Both the position numbers and the translations under genes were made by a program. Below the pieces are notes generated by a model. It saw nothing but the letters and a program-made list of their open reading frames with translations, was not told the DNA's origin and did no database searches. Positions 26,561 through 34,874 of a stretch of 34,874 nucleotides of DNA are shown here, in pieces. Positions within the stretch are counted from its first letter, which is position 1, and the number at the start of each line of letters is the position of its first letter. Origin of the DNA: Gammaproteobacteria bacterium (GTDB taxonomy: Bacteria; Pseudomonadota; Gammaproteobacteria; UBA6429; Thiohalophilaceae); the NCBI GenBank assembly GCA_024639445.1, contig JAHEIJ010000001.1, positions 1 to 34,874 of the forward strand. Direction: 5' to 3'.

Positions 26561-27442
26561 TTAGCTATCCGGCTTATAGTCATTTACCAGAAGCATTTTC
26601 AGTACATCAATTGGGTTAATTTCGTACCTTTCAGCCGCCTGTTTTAACTTTTCGTCGCTTGCAACTTTGAATCCTTTTACAGATAAACGCTCCTCACAAT
26701 TCGTGATTCCAATCTGAACACTTTTACAGACGTCAGCCAGAGTTTTTCGTCCCAGGCCGGTTCCGGCGTAACGTGCCTCAACATCCTCTATTGTCATTCC
26801 GGATGCCGGGACAGGTTCTGATTTTTTCTCATACCGACTAATAACAGCATACACATCCATTGGCGTGACATTATTGGCAAGCGCAATTTTCTCCAGGGAA
26901 TCCTGCGGGCCAGTAAAGTCAAATCCCTCTCGCTGCAGTGCAGCCACGCCTTGCTCAAGATCCAGGCCCATACGGCGGGATATTCCGGCAAGAGACACTT
27001 CTTCCGCATGGCCGAAGGGCGGCTCCAGTTCCGGACTGGTCACCCAGCTATCCTTGAGGGTTTGATTTAAATCAAACACCCAACTTACCGGTGGAATATG
27101 GAAGATAGACATCACCACAATCACCACGGAAAACGTCATGGCGATCACAAATTCCTGTTTAAGCTGTAATTTACCTTTGACCCGATCAGCAAGAAATTTC
27201 TTGAACGGTTTCCAGTTAAAATAAAGATGGATAATACCGGTGAAAATAAATATCCCGCCGAACATCATGTGCACATCGCCCCATTGCTCTTTACCCAAGC
27301 CAAGCAATGACCAGTGGGTCCAGTAGGCAACCCGACCCTGTGGCACAACGTACAATACCAGGCCCGTGATCGTCAGAATCACGAAAGCCCAGGTCACGAT
27401 AAAAGCAGTCAGGGAACGACTCGACTGTTTATTTCTGAGCAT
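26561..27442 (-). CDS. DUF4405 (flavinylation-associated cytochrome-like) membrane domain protein with a duplicated soluble C-terminal module
   Basis: N-terminal 4-TM region with conserved His (WTHWSLLG, DVHMMFGGIFIFTGIIHLYFNW). The C-terminal 150 aa form two similar modules of about 50 aa. Confidence 0.8.
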   Translation of the reverse strand: MLRNKQSSRSLTAFIVTWAFVILTITGLVLYVVPQGRVAYWTHWSLLGLGKEQWGDVHMMFGGIFIFTGIIHLYFNWKPFKKFLADRVKGKLQLKQEFVIAMTFSVVIVVMSIFHIPPVSWVFDLNQTLKDSWVTSPELEPPFGHAEEVSLAGISRRMGLDLEQGVAALQREGFDFTGPQDSLEKIALANNVTPMDVYAVISRYEKKSEPVPASGMTIEDVEARYAGTGLGRKTLADVCKSVQIGITNCEERLSVKGFKVASDEKLKQAAERYEINPIDVLKMLLVNDYKPDS

Positions 27443-27453
27443 TGGACTGCCAC

Positions 27454-27981
27454 TTAAACCATTGGAATTATCTTGGCGTCAAGATTGAGTGCGTCACAAC
27501 TACTGATAAATTCGTCCCGCAACCTGGCAATAGGCTCATCAGCCGGAATCTCAACCGTCAAATGCAGCGCAAACATAGGGGTACCCGTATGGGCCCCAGC
27601 ATAACGACTGGTATCAAGATCAACGATATTTATATTGCGGCTGGAGAAAAACCGGGCAATATCCTGAACAATCCCTAGCTGATCAATTGAGACCACTTCA
27701 ACCGCATAGGGGGCCAGATCTTGTGTGACAGGTTTCTTGCGGGTGAGTTTCACCTGCAATTTCATTCTGAGAGAACCTTCCAAATCCGGTATTTCATCAA
27801 TGAATTCATCAATCGAGTTACTCGTGCCACTCACCAGCATCAAAATCGCAAATTCACCCCCGAGCACACTCATACGACTATCTTCGATATTGAGTTGCAT
27901 ATTCCTGAGCACGTTGCTTAACTCATCGACAATACCCGGTCGATCCTCGCCCAAAGCGGTAATAACCAGTTCTACGGACAT
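27454..27981 (-). CDS. gcvR: GcvR-like tandem ACT-domain protein (glycine cleavage system transcriptional repressor family)
   Basis: LVITALGEDRPGIVDELSNVL...NIEDSRMSVLGGEFAILMLVSG is collinear with E. coli GcvR. A second ACT domain follows (VEVVSIDQLGIVQDIARFF). Confidence 0.85.
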   Translation of the reverse strand: MSVELVITALGEDRPGIVDELSNVLRNMQLNIEDSRMSVLGGEFAILMLVSGTSNSIDEFIDEIPDLEGSLRMKLQVKLTRKKPVTQDLAPYAVEVVSIDQLGIVQDIARFFSSRNINIVDLDTSRYAGAHTGTPMFALHLTVEIPADEPIARLRDEFISSCDALNLDAKIIPMV

Positions 27982-28009
27982 AACAGTTCACTCTATAATT
28001 AATAAATCT

Positions 28010-29113
28010 CTAATCACCAGTCTCAACATTTGATTCCTGAGTTTCTGATGCAGACTTCACCTCAGGTAATACATCCTTAAAGGCAACACCATATATTCCC
28101 CATATAGTAACGAATAAGGAAGCTATTATAGGCCCGATAAACAGTCCCACCACACCAAACATGAAAATACCACCAAGGGTGCTCAGGAAAATCATTAACT
28201 CATGGAGTTTGGTATCTTTCCCCACCAGTATCGGCCTGAGCAGATTATCCAGACTGCCTACCAGGACACCACAGAAAATAATCAGACCAATGCCAGCAGC
28301 CACCTGACCATTTGCAATCAGGATAATTGCGGCTGGTATCCAAACCAACGCCGAGCCAACACTGGGAATAATCGACAACACCGCCATGATTGCGCCCCAG
28401 AATACAGCATTGGGTATGCCTACCACGAAGAAAGCCAAACCGGCCAGGGCACCCTGCAAGAAACCGATGATAAAAGTGCCTTTCAAAGTTGCCCGTGTGA
28501 CCGAGGTGAACTTTTCGAGCATACGATTTTCATCATCACTATCCAAAGGAAGGTAATACAGTGCCTTTTTCATGAACCTGTCTCCATCCAGGAAAAAGAA
28601 AAACATGCTGTACAACATCACAAACCCCATGAAAACAAAATGCATGGTACCGAGGGTAGCAGCTGACAACCCATCAACCAGAAACTTGCTAATGGCGCCA
28701 ACAGACTGTCCTGCTTTTTGAATGATCGTTTCCTGATACGGCAGGATGTGTTTATAAAATGGAAGGGATTGCAGATACTCAGTGATCGCGCCCTTGTCTG
28801 ACAAGGTTTCCTTGACCCAGGGGGTCACCGACTGACCGACTTCGATTGCCTGTCCAACGACAATGCCGATTAGCAGTAACGTCGGTATCAATACAATAAA
28901 GAAAAGCAGTATCAGCGTGACCATCGAAGCCAGGTGACGCCGACCACCAAATAACTTAGCCAGGTAGAGGTATACAGGACGGGCCATGGCACTGAACAAC
29001 CCGGCCAGAAACAGGGTCATCAGAAACACCTCAATCATGGATAGAAAGAGCGCGGAAATAAACAACAGCAGTAGTAGCAGTGTAGATTTATTGACAACTT
29101 CCTGATTCATCAC
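28010..29113 (-). CDS. AI-2E family transporter (PerM/YhhT-like, UPF0118)
   Basis: 8-TM profile and a conserved C-terminal region (SIIPSVGSALVWIPAAI...LLRPILVGKDTKLHEL.IFLSTLGG). The start is GTG 29113 or the adjacent ATG 29110. Confidence 0.9.
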   Translation of the reverse strand: MMNQEVVNKSTLLLLLLFISALFLSMIEVFLMTLFLAGLFSAMARPVYLYLAKLFGGRRHLASMVTLILLFFIVLIPTLLLIGIVVGQAIEVGQSVTPWVKETLSDKGAITEYLQSLPFYKHILPYQETIIQKAGQSVGAISKFLVDGLSAATLGTMHFVFMGFVMLYSMFFFFLDGDRFMKKALYYLPLDSDDENRMLEKFTSVTRATLKGTFIIGFLQGALAGLAFFVVGIPNAVFWGAIMAVLSIIPSVGSALVWIPAAIILIANGQVAAGIGLIIFCGVLVGSLDNLLRPILVGKDTKLHELMIFLSTLGGIFMFGVVGLFIGPIIASLFVTIWGIYGVAFKDVLPEVKSASETQESNVETGD

Positions 29114-29337
29114 CTGGTCCTTTTTATTGTTTTAATTGGATTTGCTCTGTGGCAAGCGGCATGGACCACGACGGGAATCGTGGTTAAAGGTTGTTCATGC
29201 TGTATTGTTTTAGTTTTCATTGGGAGGCTAAAGAATACTTCCCTCACTTATTAAAAACAATCGCTGTTCATACACTATACATTTTATAAGTTGTTGTTTT
29301 AATGAGAATTATATACCAAAATACAATATAGATTGGT

Positions 29338-30246
29338 TTACTGTAAATATTTCACTTCTGCCACCACGGCAAAATGATCTGAAATTACATCCGGCAGCAC
29401 GCGATAGCTCACAAAATCCAACTCGCTGGATATTAGAATCCAGTCAAGTCGGCGTTCTTTTGATACATAGGTATACATATTATCAGCCCCCGGTTTATAT
29501 ACCTTAAAGCCTGCTCTTTCAGCCAAATCTTTAACAACGGATGCCTCTGAGAACCAGTTACTATTAAAGTCTCCCAGGATTATCATTGGATTCTTTCGAT
29601 TTGATAATGCCTTTGCCATCTCATCTATTTGCTGTTGCCGCACGCTACGTCTTGAAAAATCCAGATGGACAGAAACAATATCGATGTATACCTTATTAGA
29701 GGAGTTAGGTTTTGGCTTCCAGGTAACCCGGCTGAGCAGAAACCCTTTATTAAGCGTTGGCGGGGACGGCTTAAAGGTATGTTCTATTGTTTTGGATATC
29801 GGCAAACGGGATAAAATCGCTGTACCATAAGTAAACATCCTGCTTGTTGCATGATTGGCCCGATAATACCAGGGGTAAGTTGCTTGTTTAGCAATCGATG
29901 CCACATGGTCAAAACTACCACTCCAGCCTGACGGCCCGTCCGCCTCCTGCAAAGCAACAATCTCAGCGTCTTCTTTTGTCAGTACATTCGCGATATCTGT
30001 TAGATTGGCTTCAATCGTCTCTTTACTCAAGAACAATTGATTAGTCCCGTCCTTTCTTCCATGCGCAACATTCAAGGTTAAAACCCTTAACGTGTCAGTC
30101 TTGTTATGCACCGGCTTATTGGGAATGTTCTGATCGCTTGGTAAATAGCCCGATTCAGCTTCTGTCTTCATCTGTACGCTGAATCCCGAACAGGACACCA
30201 ATAAAGGCAAGACATAAAAAATTAATGAACGCCGACTAAAAGACAT
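29338..30246 (-). CDS. Endonuclease/exonuclease/phosphatase (EEP) family lipoprotein
   Basis: Lipobox LLVSC after MSFSRRSLIFYVLP. EEP motifs LRVLTLNVAHG, VALQE, GDFN and SDHFAV. ATG at 30246 is preferred over the TTG at 30300. Confidence 0.85.
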   Translation of the reverse strand: MSFSRRSLIFYVLPLLVSCSGFSVQMKTEAESGYLPSDQNIPNKPVHNKTDTLRVLTLNVAHGRKDGTNQLFLSKETIEANLTDIANVLTKEDAEIVALQEADGPSGWSGSFDHVASIAKQATYPWYYRANHATSRMFTYGTAILSRLPISKTIEHTFKPSPPTLNKGFLLSRVTWKPKPNSSNKVYIDIVSVHLDFSRRSVRQQQIDEMAKALSNRKNPMIILGDFNSNWFSEASVVKDLAERAGFKVYKPGADNMYTYVSKERRLDWILISSELDFVSYRVLPDVISDHFAVVAEVKYLQ

Positions 30247-30539
30247 TATTTTGATATAGATCAATTGAGTGAATGAGTTAACAGTTTTGCAATATTTCAA
30301 TATAAATTAACCAGTACATAGAATCCCGACGTTTAACTTGATAACACTAATATTCGAAAAAGAATACCTGATCACATAACGCAGTAATGCTTATAAGTAC
30401 AATTCAACTATCTTTGATACAGATAATATTACGCTAAAAACTATAGTAAACAACTATAGAATTATAAAAATATATCCCGGTTTTATCACCAGGCGGATTG
30501 GGCATGGATGATCAACACAAAACCAAAAGGAGGGACTAC

Positions 30540-32084
30540 ATGAATAAGCAAATACGGCTGTATATAGCCCTGTGTATTTTTAGCTTCTCACTATTTTTAA
30601 CCGGCGTCAGCCAGGCTGAGGCCCCTCACGCCAACCTGAGCTATCAGGACTATCCGGCCAACTGCCTGGAATGTCACACGGATCAGGCCAACGAGGTCCA
30701 CGCCTCGACCCACTATAAATGGTTGGGAGAGGCCCCCGACATGACCAATGGCACATCCATACCGCAGGGGAAACTGACCAACGCGGTCAACAGTTACTGT
30801 ATTAACATTGAAGGTAACTGGCCGGTGTGTGGTTCCTGTCATGCGGGACGCGGTAAACGCCCGGATGACCCCACCGCAGGCCTTGAGAATATTGACTGCC
30901 TTGTCTGTCATAACACCGAATATGCCTCCGCGCGCACTCGCCTTCCGGACGGATCGATGGGGGTAGCCACTCCTAGCGATAGCATGGTCCGTAATATTCA
31001 TGAACCCACCCGGGCTAATTGCCTACAGTGCCATGCCAAAGCCGGGGGTGGTGATGGGGTGAAACGCGGGGACCTGTCCCTGGCGCTTATTGATAATGCG
31101 GATGAACACTTCGATTATCACATGAACACGCGGGAAGCCAATCTGAGCTGTCAGGATTGTCACACATTCAAGAACCACCTGGTCATCGGCAAGGGCTCCG
31201 ATATCCGTCCTACGGATGATCCAAGTCGCGGTTCTGAAGTCGCTTGTACCACTTGTCATTCACGTAGCGACATTGAACATCACCATCCCAACGATGTCGT
31301 TACCCATATGGACCATGTGGCCTGTCAAACCTGTCATATTCCGACATATGCAAAACACCCCACCGAGACACATCGTGATTGGTTAACGCATCACGACGGT
31401 ACCGATGCCACCACCTGTACGGCAGAGAATCCCTGCCCGGGCCATCCGCATACGGAAAAGGCAAGCTATCTCGTCCCCGAGTACAAATGGTGGAACCGTC
31501 AAAGCGATAATTATCTACTGGGTGATGACGCCTCACGCACCTATGATACTGACAAGGATACTTATCCGACTTCACGCCCCGTGGGCGATGTCACAGATGG
31601 CAAGCTGTATCCGTTTAAGTATAAAACCGCATACCAGCCCATAACCGACGACGGGAGTAACCAACTCATTGCCATGGATACCTATGAGTACCTCAAAGGT
31701 TCCGGCAACGTGACCACCTCGGTTAAGAACGGTCTGGAAAACATGGGTCATCCCCGCGATACGGCTTACAGGTGGATCACCACCGATACCTATCAGCTGA
31801 TCAATCATGGCATCGATGAGCATGACATACTGCGCTGCAATGACTGTCACGGGAACACCAGTCGTATGGATCTGCAAGGTGAACTTGGGTATGAACTAAA
31901 GGGAACCCTGATGCAGGTGTGCACCGCTTGTCATGACAGGGAGGACGTGTCTAAATTCCAGAGGGAACCGGAAAAATACGCCTTCAACCCGGTACATAAC
32001 AAGCATGTAGATGGCAAGGATCTTGATTGCTCCAACTGCCATAACTTCAGTCGGCCGGAGCGAAACTTGGAAATGCCTCGCTAA
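30540..32084 (+). CDS. Secreted decaheme c-type cytochrome
   Basis: Ten CxxCH motifs (CLECH, CGSCH, CLVCH, CLQCH, CQDCH, CTTCH, CQTCH, CNDCH, CTACH, CSNCH). Sec signal peptide ending SQA-EA. AAGGAGG lies 6 nt upstream of the ATG at 30540, and a strong terminator follows. Confidence 0.92.
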   Translation: MNKQIRLYIALCIFSFSLFLTGVSQAEAPHANLSYQDYPANCLECHTDQANEVHASTHYKWLGEAPDMTNGTSIPQGKLTNAVNSYCINIEGNWPVCGSCHAGRGKRPDDPTAGLENIDCLVCHNTEYASARTRLPDGSMGVATPSDSMVRNIHEPTRANCLQCHAKAGGGDGVKRGDLSLALIDNADEHFDYHMNTREANLSCQDCHTFKNHLVIGKGSDIRPTDDPSRGSEVACTTCHSRSDIEHHHPNDVVTHMDHVACQTCHIPTYAKHPTETHRDWLTHHDGTDATTCTAENPCPGHPHTEKASYLVPEYKWWNRQSDNYLLGDDASRTYDTDKDTYPTSRPVGDVTDGKLYPFKYKTAYQPITDDGSNQLIAMDTYEYLKGSGNVTTSVKNGLENMGHPRDTAYRWITTDTYQLINHGIDEHDILRCNDCHGNTSRMDLQGELGYELKGTLMQVCTACHDREDVSKFQREPEKYAFNPVHNKHVDGKDLDCSNCHNFSRPERNLEMPR

Positions 32085-32103
32085 GGCTATGCTGTACAAC
32101 AAC

Positions 32104-32136
32104 AAGGGCCACCTGACGGTGGCCCTTAATTTTTTT
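32104..32136 (+). terminator. Rho-independent terminator of the cytochrome gene
   Basis: Perfect 10-bp GC-rich stem AAGGGCCACC (32104-32113) / GGTGGCCCTT (32118-32127) with a 4-nt loop, followed by AATTTTTTT. Confidence 0.85.
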
Positions 32137-32201
32137 AAACCATTCTCCAGTGCCACTCCGTTGCGTCTGACCCAGTCAGGTGGAGAATTAATTAGCTAAA
32201 T

Positions 32202-32768
32202 CTAGACTGTGAGTACTGCTTTCACTTGTCGGCTCACGTTGTCCTCGTCTTTCCATTTCATGGAGACGGGAAAATCACATATCTTGCCGTACGCCATGGT
32301 CAATACCGCCGGTATTTCGACAGCCCTGCCAGGTTGAATCTCGGCAATCGGCAGAACATTTTCCTCATCCAGGACCGAGAGCCGGGGATGTATCGCTGAC
32401 CCGCTCTTCACCTCGGCCGAATCGACGCCAGTCCCCAGATCGTCAGCATTAAAGATATGCTCTGGCGCATCAATGAACAGATGAATTTGCATTGCCGCCA
32501 ACCGGCCGGTATTACTCAAAACCAGGGCGACGTGGTCATGCTCATCCTTGTTCGCTGAAATTTCCAGGGCTACGGCTTGCCGTTCATCCTGCTCCTCTAG
32601 CTCCCGCTCCTCGAAGCGGATGACCGTGCCCGCCGGCGTTATATTACCTTGCCGCATCGCAAGACCAGCCCGTCGGAAAGCCAGACTGGCAAGTATCAAC
32701 GCAATTACTGATATGCCAAGTAATCCCCATTCAAAAGGAGAAATCGTGCTAATAAATTCATTCATCAC
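32202..32768 (-). CDS. Hypothetical single-pass membrane protein with acidic linker and beta-rich C-terminal domain
   Basis: 188-codon ORF with an N-terminal TM (WGLLGISVIALILASLAF) and an E-rich stretch (FEERELEEQDERQ). No family recognised. Confidence 0.6.
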   Translation of the reverse strand: MMNEFISTISPFEWGLLGISVIALILASLAFRRAGLAMRQGNITPAGTVIRFEERELEEQDERQAVALEISANKDEHDHVALVLSNTGRLAAMQIHLFIDAPEHIFNADDLGTGVDSAEVKSGSAIHPRLSVLDEENVLPIAEIQPGRAVEIPAVLTMAYGKICDFPVSMKWKDEDNVSRQVKAVLTV

Positions 32769-32824
32769 GCCACCACAACAAATTAATACTTCATAAGAAA
32801 GAGCTCTAGCCTTTTAACTCCAGT

Positions 32825-33235
32825 TTATTCCTGCTCTTTGTCATCCTTGCCCTGCTCCAGCATATCGGACAACCCGGCGAACGGGTTGAATTTCGCTGTC
32901 TGACTTGGCTTGGGAGCAAGCCCGGTATAACCACGTATTTGATCAACGTGCCGTTGATGCTCGTTATCGTGGCAGTATAAACAAAGATTCTCCCAATTAC
33001 TGCCATCAGGCGGATTGTTATCATGGTTATGGTCCTTGTGGTGGACCGTTAACTCATGCAGGTTTTTACGCGTGAACTCGCGTCCACAACGGCCACAAAT
33101 CCAGGGATGAATACGCAGAGATTGTTCACGATAACCGGTCAGGCGCTTTTCAGCATCGCGCCGGGCCTCGGCTACCACACTTTCCAGTTTGGCTTTGTCA
33201 ATAGACTTTCCCGCAGGACGATTTTGCTTAGGCAT
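32825..33235 (-). CDS. yajD: YajD family HNH nuclease
   Basis: Collinear with E. coli YajD: GYREQSLRIHPWICGRCGREF...LTVHHKDHNHDNNPPDGSNWENLCLYCHDNEH...FNPFAGL. Confidence 0.9.
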   Translation of the reverse strand: MPKQNRPAGKSIDKAKLESVVAEARRDAEKRLTGYREQSLRIHPWICGRCGREFTRKNLHELTVHHKDHNHDNNPPDGSNWENLCLYCHDNEHQRHVDQIRGYTGLAPKPSQTAKFNPFAGLSDMLEQGKDDKEQE

Positions 33236-33382
33236 TTGCTAATCCATCTGAATAAGTACTTCCGCTACTCACAAAATTGTAGTTCAACTGCGATACCATA
33301 ATTGCCAACCGGTTCTCGATTTTGACCGTCTATATTAAGCAATAAAAACAAGTGCTTATATCTTTTAATTGTATATGTTTGC

Positions 33383-33871
33383 TTAAAATTTGATCTCCTC
33401 TTCTTTCCGAGCATCCTGTTTGGCTTCATCGCCACAGTCCCACGAATCATGATCGCTCTTCTCGCCTGGCTTTAATTTCCGTAATAAAGCACCGTCGACC
33501 TTCATGAACCAGTCATTATTTTCCTGATAGGGTAATGTTTCTATCTTGAAATCAAGATTGATGCTGAGAAAAAAGTTTACGTTAATCACTAATTCCTTGT
33601 CTGTAAGTTTGATTATTCTTGCGTCAGGCACAATAGTATTTTTATGACCATTCATTCGCTTGATGCATCTTTTATATGAAACCGTGCTGTCTTTATAAAA
33701 TGCCAACAGCATATTATCATTTTTGACATTATTGCCGTATTCATCGTACTTATATACCCACACCCCAAAAAATTCTTCCTTTTCTTTTGGAATCTGTATT
33801 GGCTCTTTCCGGCTGCATGCCGTACAAGTGAGAATTAATAATAAAATAAATAACTTCTTGGTTGATAGCAT
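33383..33871 (-). CDS. Hypothetical secreted protein / probable lipoprotein
   Basis: MLSTKKLFILLLILTCTACSRKEP is a signal peptide with a Cys-containing cleavage region. ATG at 33871 is preferred to the ORF-track start at 33913. No family recognised. Confidence 0.6.
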   Translation of the reverse strand: MLSTKKLFILLLILTCTACSRKEPIQIPKEKEEFFGVWVYKYDEYGNNVKNDNMLLAFYKDSTVSYKRCIKRMNGHKNTIVPDARIIKLTDKELVINVNFFLSINLDFKIETLPYQENNDWFMKVDGALLRKLKPGEKSDHDSWDCGDEAKQDARKEEEIKF

Positions 33872-33988
33872 AAAACACTCTGTTGGTGGCCTGGTGACAT
33901 TCACATGAGGCACAACTACCGTCTAATTGTTGTGTTATATATCTAGTGTGGCCTGAGAAACACCACCTGACAATTCCAAAGCCAATCT

Positions 33989-34874
33989 CTATTCAGCTTC
34001 ATGACGTAGCGCCGTAATTTCCGCCAGAATCGATACGGCAATTTCCGGTGGTGTATGGCTGCCGATGGGTAACCCCACCGGGGCATGCAAGTGTTGCAGT
34101 TGTTGTGGCGTTATGCCAAGTTCTCTCAGGCGTTCGCGTCGCATTTCATTATTTTTTCGGGAACCAATCGCACCCACATAGAAAGCATCGGAATTCAAGG
34201 CATCCATTAACGCCATGTCATCCAGCTTGGGGTCATGTGCCAGGGTGATAATCACACTGCGCGGATGAGTGGCATAAGCGTTCACGGCATCATCCGGCAT
34301 CATGCGCACAAACTCGATCCCCGGCTCACTATTACTCAGGGTCCAGCCCTGCTCGTACTCCTCACGCGGATCACAGACGATGACATGGTAATCGAGCATT
34401 AATGCCATTGAAGCCACATATTGTGAAAGATGCCCCGCACCAATTAACAGCATTTGCCATTGTGGCCCAAATACTTTTTTTACATCATTGTCAGTATAAG
34501 CAAAATCATCACTCGCGCCTGCCGAGTGTAAACTGACTTCACCTGTGTTCAGGCATACTTGCCGCGTTATCAATTCTTTGTTTTGGATCTTGTCCAACAA
34601 TGCTTGAATCTGGCTCTGATTATCCAACTCCTCAACCAGTAACTCCAGTCGTCCACCGCAGGGCAAACCAAAACGCGTGGCTTCCTGGCGATCAATGCCG
34701 TAGTCAATGAGGGTTGGGTAAGAACTGGCCAGTTGTTGATTGCGGTAACGGGCAACCAGGTCTTCTTCCACACAACCGCCGGACACGGAACCGGCATGCA
34801 CGCCGTCATCCCGCATCAACATCAGGGAGCCGATAGGCCGTGGAGAGGAACCCCAGGTCCGGGCCACGGTAACC
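33989..34874 (-). CDS. XdhC/CoxI family molybdoenzyme maturation protein. The N-terminus lies beyond the right window edge.
   Basis: VTVARTWGSSPRPIGSLMLM..DG...GSVSGGCVEEDLV (XdhC_CoxI N-domain) and the Rossmann-like LLIGAGHLSQYV...VIVCDPRE C-domain. The reading frame stays open to position 34874. Confidence 0.85.
   Translation of the reverse strand, partial: VTVARTWGSSPRPIGSLMLMRDDGVHAGSVSGGCVEEDLVARYRNQQLASSYPTLIDYGIDRQEATRFGLPCGGRLELLVEELDNQSQIQALLDKIQNKELITRQVCLNTGEVSLHSAGASDDFAYTDNDVKKVFGPQWQMLLIGAGHLSQYVASMALMLDYHVIVCDPREEYEQGWTLSNSEPGIEFVRMMPDDAVNAYATHPRSVIITLAHDPKLDDMALMDALNSDAFYVGAIGSRKNNEMRRERLRELGITPQQLQHLHAPVGLPIGSHTPPEIAVSILAEITALRHEAE

Noticed and set aside
31416-31448. CTAENPCPGH and the extra Cys at YCINIEGNWPVCGSCH, considered as non-canonical heme-binding motifs (CXnCH)
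   Set aside because: CPGH lacks the second cysteine spacing of a heme c site. The upstream Cys of the second motif could equally be structural. Without an alignment or structure I keep the count at ten canonical CxxCH sites.
32825-33235. HNH nuclease considered as a possible defence or mobile-element nuclease
   Set aside because: It is collinear over its whole length with the conserved E. coli YajD. It has no partner methylase, ATPase, integrase or repeats, so it is the housekeeping orthologue rather than an island gene.
1-34874. Search by eye for CRISPR arrays, tRNA/rRNA/tmRNA genes, IS elements, integrases, long direct or inverted repeats and riboswitch-like leaders
   Set aside because: No spacer-repeat periodicity, no cloverleaf-like GC-rich segments in any spacer, and no transposase or recombinase ORFs were found. 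The GC-rich palindromes I found are all explained as terminators. A computational scan (tRNAscan, Infernal/Rfam, repeat finder) would be needed to exclude small elements.

Overview
About 35 kb of ordinary-looking chromosomal DNA with moderate GC and AT-rich spacers. It is probably gammaproteobacterial, because clear yqiA, yajD and gcvR orthologues are present. I can support about 38 protein-coding genes, most on the minus strand. They include a partial gnd, a CDF transporter, GST, a lysine-rich H1-like protein, DUF4389, PEBP, a PiT phosphate transporter and a DsbA-like protein. Also present are a cysteine-less DsrC/TusE-like protein, YqiA, an RND pump with its adaptor, GFA, two-domain PPK2 (PAP), a Spy/CpxP-like protein and a beta-carbonic anhydrase. 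The rest are a dienelactone-hydrolase-fold protein, arsC-acr3, an IclR regulator, a transketolase/phosphoketolase-type ThDP enzyme, a frameshifted DUF1537 kinase, a six-gene co-directional envelope cluster (AI-2E, GcvR, DUF4405, LEA_2, GIDE, small TM), an EEP lipoprotein, an orphan decaheme cytochrome c, YajD and a partial XdhC. I saw no rRNA, tRNA, CRISPR array, integrase, transposase or recognisable defence system. The best candidates for undescribed biology are (1) the IclR / hybrid ThDP enzyme / DUF1537 kinase module with a triplicated palindromic operator, (2) the stand-alone decaheme cytochrome with a large heme-free insert, and (3) the tightly packed AI-2E-GcvR-DUF4405-LEA_2-GIDE cluster. 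All family calls rest on motif recognition by eye; no searches were run.
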